A stretch of DNA of 64,000 nucleotides from Sphingobacteriales bacterium (GTDB lineage Bacteria > Bacteroidota > Bacteroidia > Chitinophagales > JADIYW01). Location of the stretch: contig JADKIQ010000009.1 in NCBI GenBank assembly GCA_016721245.1, positions 102,733 through 166,732 of the forward strand. Direction: 5' to 3'. Each line of letters starts with the position of its first letter. The stretch's first letter is position 1. Both the position numbers and the translations under genes were made by a program. Shown piece after piece: positions 59,767 to 64,000 of the stretch. The notes below the pieces were generated by a model that ran no database searches, was not told where the DNA came from, and saw only the letters and a program-made list of their open reading frames with translations.

Positions 59767-60843
59767 ATGGATTACAACGTAGAGGAAAAATCGCAAAATA
59801 TTAATAAGGAACTGAATTGCAAGGACTGCGGTGCTTTGTTATTGTATGCGCCCGGCACTCAAAAACTCGCCTGTAAATATTGCGGCGCACAAAATGACAT
59901 TACACCAGTAGAAAAGGAATCTATAGAAGAGATAGAATATCAGGATTTTATTTCGAATAAAATTAATCAGGAAGAGAAGCAAACCATCAGCACGGTGACC
60001 TGCAACAACTGCGGAGCTACCACGACTTTAAAACCTAATCTTACATCAGACAATTGCGCGTTTTGTGCTTCTCCTTTAGTGATACAGGGCGGCACCACCT
60101 CTACCATTATAAAACCAAAATATTTATTGCCGTTTAAAATTGATGATAAAAACGCACATGATATTTTTATAAAATGGTTGAATGGTTTGTGGTTTGCACC
60201 GAATGATTTGAAAAAATATGCGGCGTTGAATGAAAAGTTAAAAGGCATTTATATGCCTTACTGGACCTATGACAGCAAAGCCAAAACAAACTATGAAGGA
60301 GAACGCGGAGAACACTATTACGAAGGTTCTGGAAAAAACCGAGTGCGCAAAACAAGATGGTATGATGCCAATGGCGCGGTACAAAATTCATTTGATGATG
60401 TATGTGTGCTGGCAAGTCAGTCATTGCCTGACTCCGTGACGCGACCGCTGGAACCCTGGGATTTGAACAATCTGACACCTTACAACGAAGGCTATATCAG
60501 TGGATTTCAGACGGAGTGCTATCAGACGGATGTGCAGAAAGGATTTGATATGGCCAAAGAAGTGATGGAAGATGCCATCAAAGTGACGATACGTCAGCAA
60601 ATTGGCGGCGATGAACAACGCATCAACCGTATGCATGTGGTGTACAGCAATGTTACCTTCAAGCATATTTTATTGCCGGTTTGGATAAGTGCCTACGGAT
60701 ATCGTTCCAAAATATTTCGCTTTATTATAAACGGCAGAACGGGTGAAGTACAGGGACAACGACCTTACAGTGTAATAAAAATTGCGCTGGCGGTGATAGC
60801 TGTGATAACCTTAATTGTACTAATAAAGACGATGTCGAGTTAA
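59767..60843 (+). CDS. double zinc-ribbon protein with a C-terminal TM anchor
   Basis: The ATG at 59767 (MDYNVEEK). CKDCG...CKYCG and CNNCG...CAFC pairs. The C-terminal IKIALAVIAVITLIVLI is a TM segment. Confidence 0.6.
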   Translation: MDYNVEEKSQNINKELNCKDCGALLLYAPGTQKLACKYCGAQNDITPVEKESIEEIEYQDFISNKINQEEKQTISTVTCNNCGATTTLKPNLTSDNCAFCASPLVIQGGTTSTIIKPKYLLPFKIDDKNAHDIFIKWLNGLWFAPNDLKKYAALNEKLKGIYMPYWTYDSKAKTNYEGERGEHYYEGSGKNRVRKTRWYDANGAVQNSFDDVCVLASQSLPDSVTRPLEPWDLNNLTPYNEGYISGFQTECYQTDVQKGFDMAKEVMEDAIKVTIRQQIGGDEQRINRMHVVYSNVTFKHILLPVWISAYGYRSKIFRFIINGRTGEVQGQRPYSVIKIALAVIAVITLIVLIKTMSS

Positions 60844-60845
60844 TG

Positions 60846-61206
<361 letters not shown>

Positions 61207-61608
61207 TTACCTGCGCACAATTTTCAACGCATATTTTCCGGGGCCGGCAATAAACAAACCCAGAAAAACAAGGCCGCTTTCCAATGCATGATTATAGCCA
61301 TTAAAGCCGTCACCGCTTGTATAATGCATCAGGCCTGCTATAAACATGGTGAAGATGAGCATGGCTAGTGCCGGGCGAAATAAGAAACCAAGTACCAGAC
61401 AGGCGCCGCCGACAAATTCTGCAAAAGCGGCCATAAAACCCCAGAAGGTAGGAGCGAAATGAACACCGATATTTCCCATGGAGCCGCCAATCTGTGACCA
61501 CATCTCCGGTCCTCCCGTTATTTTCGGATAACCATGTAGCATGAAAAGAATGCCTATTCCAAGACGTATGATTAACAAGCCGTAATCTGTAGAGTATTTG
61601 TTGAGCAT
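61207..61608 (-). CDS. DoxX-family membrane protein
   Basis: 133 aa, 4 TM. LLIIRLGIGILFMLHGYPK is a typical DoxX start. Confidence 0.75.
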   Translation of the reverse strand: MLNKYSTDYGLLIIRLGIGILFMLHGYPKITGGPEMWSQIGGSMGNIGVHFAPTFWGFMAAFAEFVGGACLVLGFLFRPALAMLIFTMFIAGLMHYTSGDGFNGYNHALESGLVFLGLFIAGPGKYALKIVRR

Positions 61609-61644
61609 AGTATTTATTTTAATTCAAGATAAACAAAAATTGTA

Positions 61645-64000
61645 TTACAAACCAAAAACCTTTTCGTCAATCTCCTTAAAGATAACTTCGGTTTGGTTCA
61701 TGGTTTTGATGTTATCGTACACCAAAATTAAGCTGTTGCCGCTTTGTTTCAGGTTACATTTCTTTTTAGAATTCTGTATTTGTTCCATTACTTTCGGGAA
61801 ATACGGACTTTCATAATACGGTGATTTCGGATTGTCTAAAAAGTAACAACGCAGCTTACCGTTCTTTAAAATGATGCGCTCAAACCCTATTTTCTTAGCA
61901 ATCCAGCGGATACGCAATCCATCAAATAATTCATTGATTTGTTTCGGCAGTTTGCCGAACCTGTCTTCTATTTTTTTCGCAAATTTTTGCAGCGATTCTT
62001 CATTCTGAATTTCATCCAGTTCCGTATACAAACGTAAACGTTCATCCGTATTCAGCACATATTCCACCGGAATCAGCATCTCTACATCCGTATCAATCGT
62101 GCAGTCATACACAAATTGTTTTTGCTCTTCAATTTGTTCTTTAAAAACATCTTTGAAATCCGTGTATTTCAATTCCTGTATCGCTTCATCCAAAATTTTA
62201 TGATACATTTCAAAACCGATATCCGCAATAAAACCACTTTGCTCACCACCCAATAAATTACCAGCACCACGAATATCCATATCGCGCAAGGCAATCTGAA
62301 ATCCACTGCCTAAATCTGAAAATTCTTCCAGGGTTTGCAGGCGTTTTCGAGCTTCATCGGTTAAAGTAGATTTTGGCGGCGCCAGTAAATAACAAAATGC
62401 TTTTTTATTGGAACGGCCCACGCGACCGCGTAACTGGTGCAGATCACTCAACCCAAAATGATGCGCGTTGTTGATGATAATCGTATTGGCATTCGGAATA
62501 TCCAGACCGCTTTCCACGATATTGGTACTCAGCAACACATCAAATTCGCCATTGATAAATTGCAGCATAATATCTTCCAGCTGATCGCCTTCCAGTTGTC
62601 CGTGAGCAGATTTTATCGTTACATCCGGTACCAATCTACGCAGCATCACTTCCATGTCTATCAAATCTTTTACACGATTATGCACGAAATACACCTGACC
62701 GCCACGATACACTTCAAACTCGATAATTTCTTTAATCGTTTTCATATCAAACACCTGTACTTCCGTGGTAATCGGAATACGATTGGTGGGTGGCGTCATG
62801 ATGTTCGATAAATCACGCGCACCCATTAATGAAAATTTTAACGTACGAGGAATCGGAGTGGCGGTTAAGGTGAGTGTATCCACATTTGCAGAAAGATGGC
62901 GTAATTTTTCTTTGGCGGAAACACCGAATTTTTGTTCTTCATCGATAACGAGTAATCCTAAATCTTTAAACAATAATTCTTTGTTTAAAAGCGCATGTGT
63001 TCCGATTAAAATATCAATTTTTCCTTCTTTGGTTTTTTCCAGCGTTTCTTTTTTTTCTTTGGCAGATTTAAAACGATTTAAGAAAATCTACCACTACGCC
63101 TTGTTCTTTTAAACGGGCTGAAAACGTTTTAAAATGCTGCCAGGCCAAAATGGTGGTTGGCACTAAAATCGCTACTTGCTTTCGGTCGGTAACTGCTTTG
63201 TATGCCGCACGAATGGCAATTTCCGTTTTACCAAAACCCACATCGCCGCAAATCAGTCGGTCCATCGGATGTGGTTTTTCCATATCCGCTTTTACATCTG
63301 CCGTGGCTTTAATCTGGTCCGGCGTATCTTCATACATAAAACTCGCTTCGAGCTCATCCTGCAAGTAAGTGTCTTTGTGAAACGCGAAACCCGGAGCCAC
63401 TTTTCGCTGCGCATATAATTTTATCAGTTCGGCAGCAATATCTTTTACTTTGCTTTTCGTTTTGTTTTTCAGATTTGTCCATGCGTCGCTGCCCAGTTTA
63501 TTTATTTTCGGTACATGCCCTTCCTTGCCGGTATATTTGGAAATCTTATGCAGCGAGTTGATGTTGACATACAACAAATCCTGGTCTTTATAAATCAGAC
63601 GCACCATTTCCTGCGTTTGTCCATTCACGGTAATTTTTTCAAGACCGGAAAACGTACCGACACCATGATCGATGTGTGTCACATAATCTCCGGGGTTTAA
63701 GTCTTTCAGTTGACGAATGGAAATAGCTTTAGTTCTGTTGAAGCCTGCTTTCGTTTTGTATTTATGATATCGGTCGAAAATCTGATGGTCGGTATAACAA
63801 ACGATTTGTAAATCCTTATCAATAAACCCTTGTGCTAAATCGATATAACAAGGATGGAATTTGATTTCCGCTTTCTTATCTGCAAAAATATGTTGGAAGC
63901 GTTCTATTTGTCTGGGATTTTCGGCAAATAAAAAATTCTGAAAATGATTTTTTTGATGCTGCTGTAAATCCTGAATCAGCAAATCAAAGTTTCGTCCGAA
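61645..64000 (-). pseudogene. mfd: transcription-repair coupling factor Mfd, 5' end outside the window, split by a 1-nt frameshift at ~63077
   Basis: Track ORFs 63068-63982 (GDVGFGKTEIAIRAAYKAV, helicase motif I) and 61645-62973 (VIDEEQKFGV, TATPIPRT, QLRGRVGRS, TRG/C-terminal domain). The frame stays open to the window edge. Confidence 0.85.

Overview
This window looks like an AT-rich chromosomal segment from a Bacteroidota-type genome. The evidence is three ORFs ending in T9SS C-terminal sorting domains, a PorP/SprF gene, many lipoprotein or secreted ORFs, and TonB-C-like and Omp85-like genes. I can support about 60 protein genes. I found no rRNA, tRNA, CRISPR array, transposase, integrase or phage genes.

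Most of the content is housekeeping:
- Core genes: mnmG, scpA, nadD, nadA, kup, hemN, uvrB, gcvT, mfd, an M3 oligoendopeptidase and a GH13 glucosidase.
- Envelope and export genes: two tandem Omp85-family paralogs, and an ECF sigma/anti-sigma pair next to O-antigen-ligase-like and GT4 genes.
- An export cluster: a TetR-linked group of AI-2E, ABC, HlyD, TolC and TerC genes.

The signals I consider most worth a second look are non-coding or architectural:
1. Two ~235-bp direct repeats, ~96% identical, bracket a single alpha/beta-hydrolase gene. Each has an internal ~26-bp periodic TGTTTC sub-repeat and a terminator hairpin.
2. Three perfect copies of the 14-bp palindrome GTTTCACGTGAAAC lie upstream of mnmG.
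3. Twin TTCCGAA-NN-TTCGGAA palindromes lie in the nadA leader, behind a 608-bp AT-rich spacer that carries heptamer repeats and a 16-bp inverted repeat.
4. The same ATAGTA-N-TACTAT operator-like block sits in front of both the ABC-HlyD-TolC operon and the TerC gene.
5. A sensor-less KdpD-core/KdpE pair appears to be in one operon with kup.

There is also a data-quality signal. A ~360-bp homopolymer-stretched tract at 60.85-61.2 kb and at least three single-base frame breaks (mfd, a ParE-like toxin, a small OM-like protein) suggest sequencing or assembly error. I could not identify a clear new multi-gene system such as a defence island from the sequence alone.
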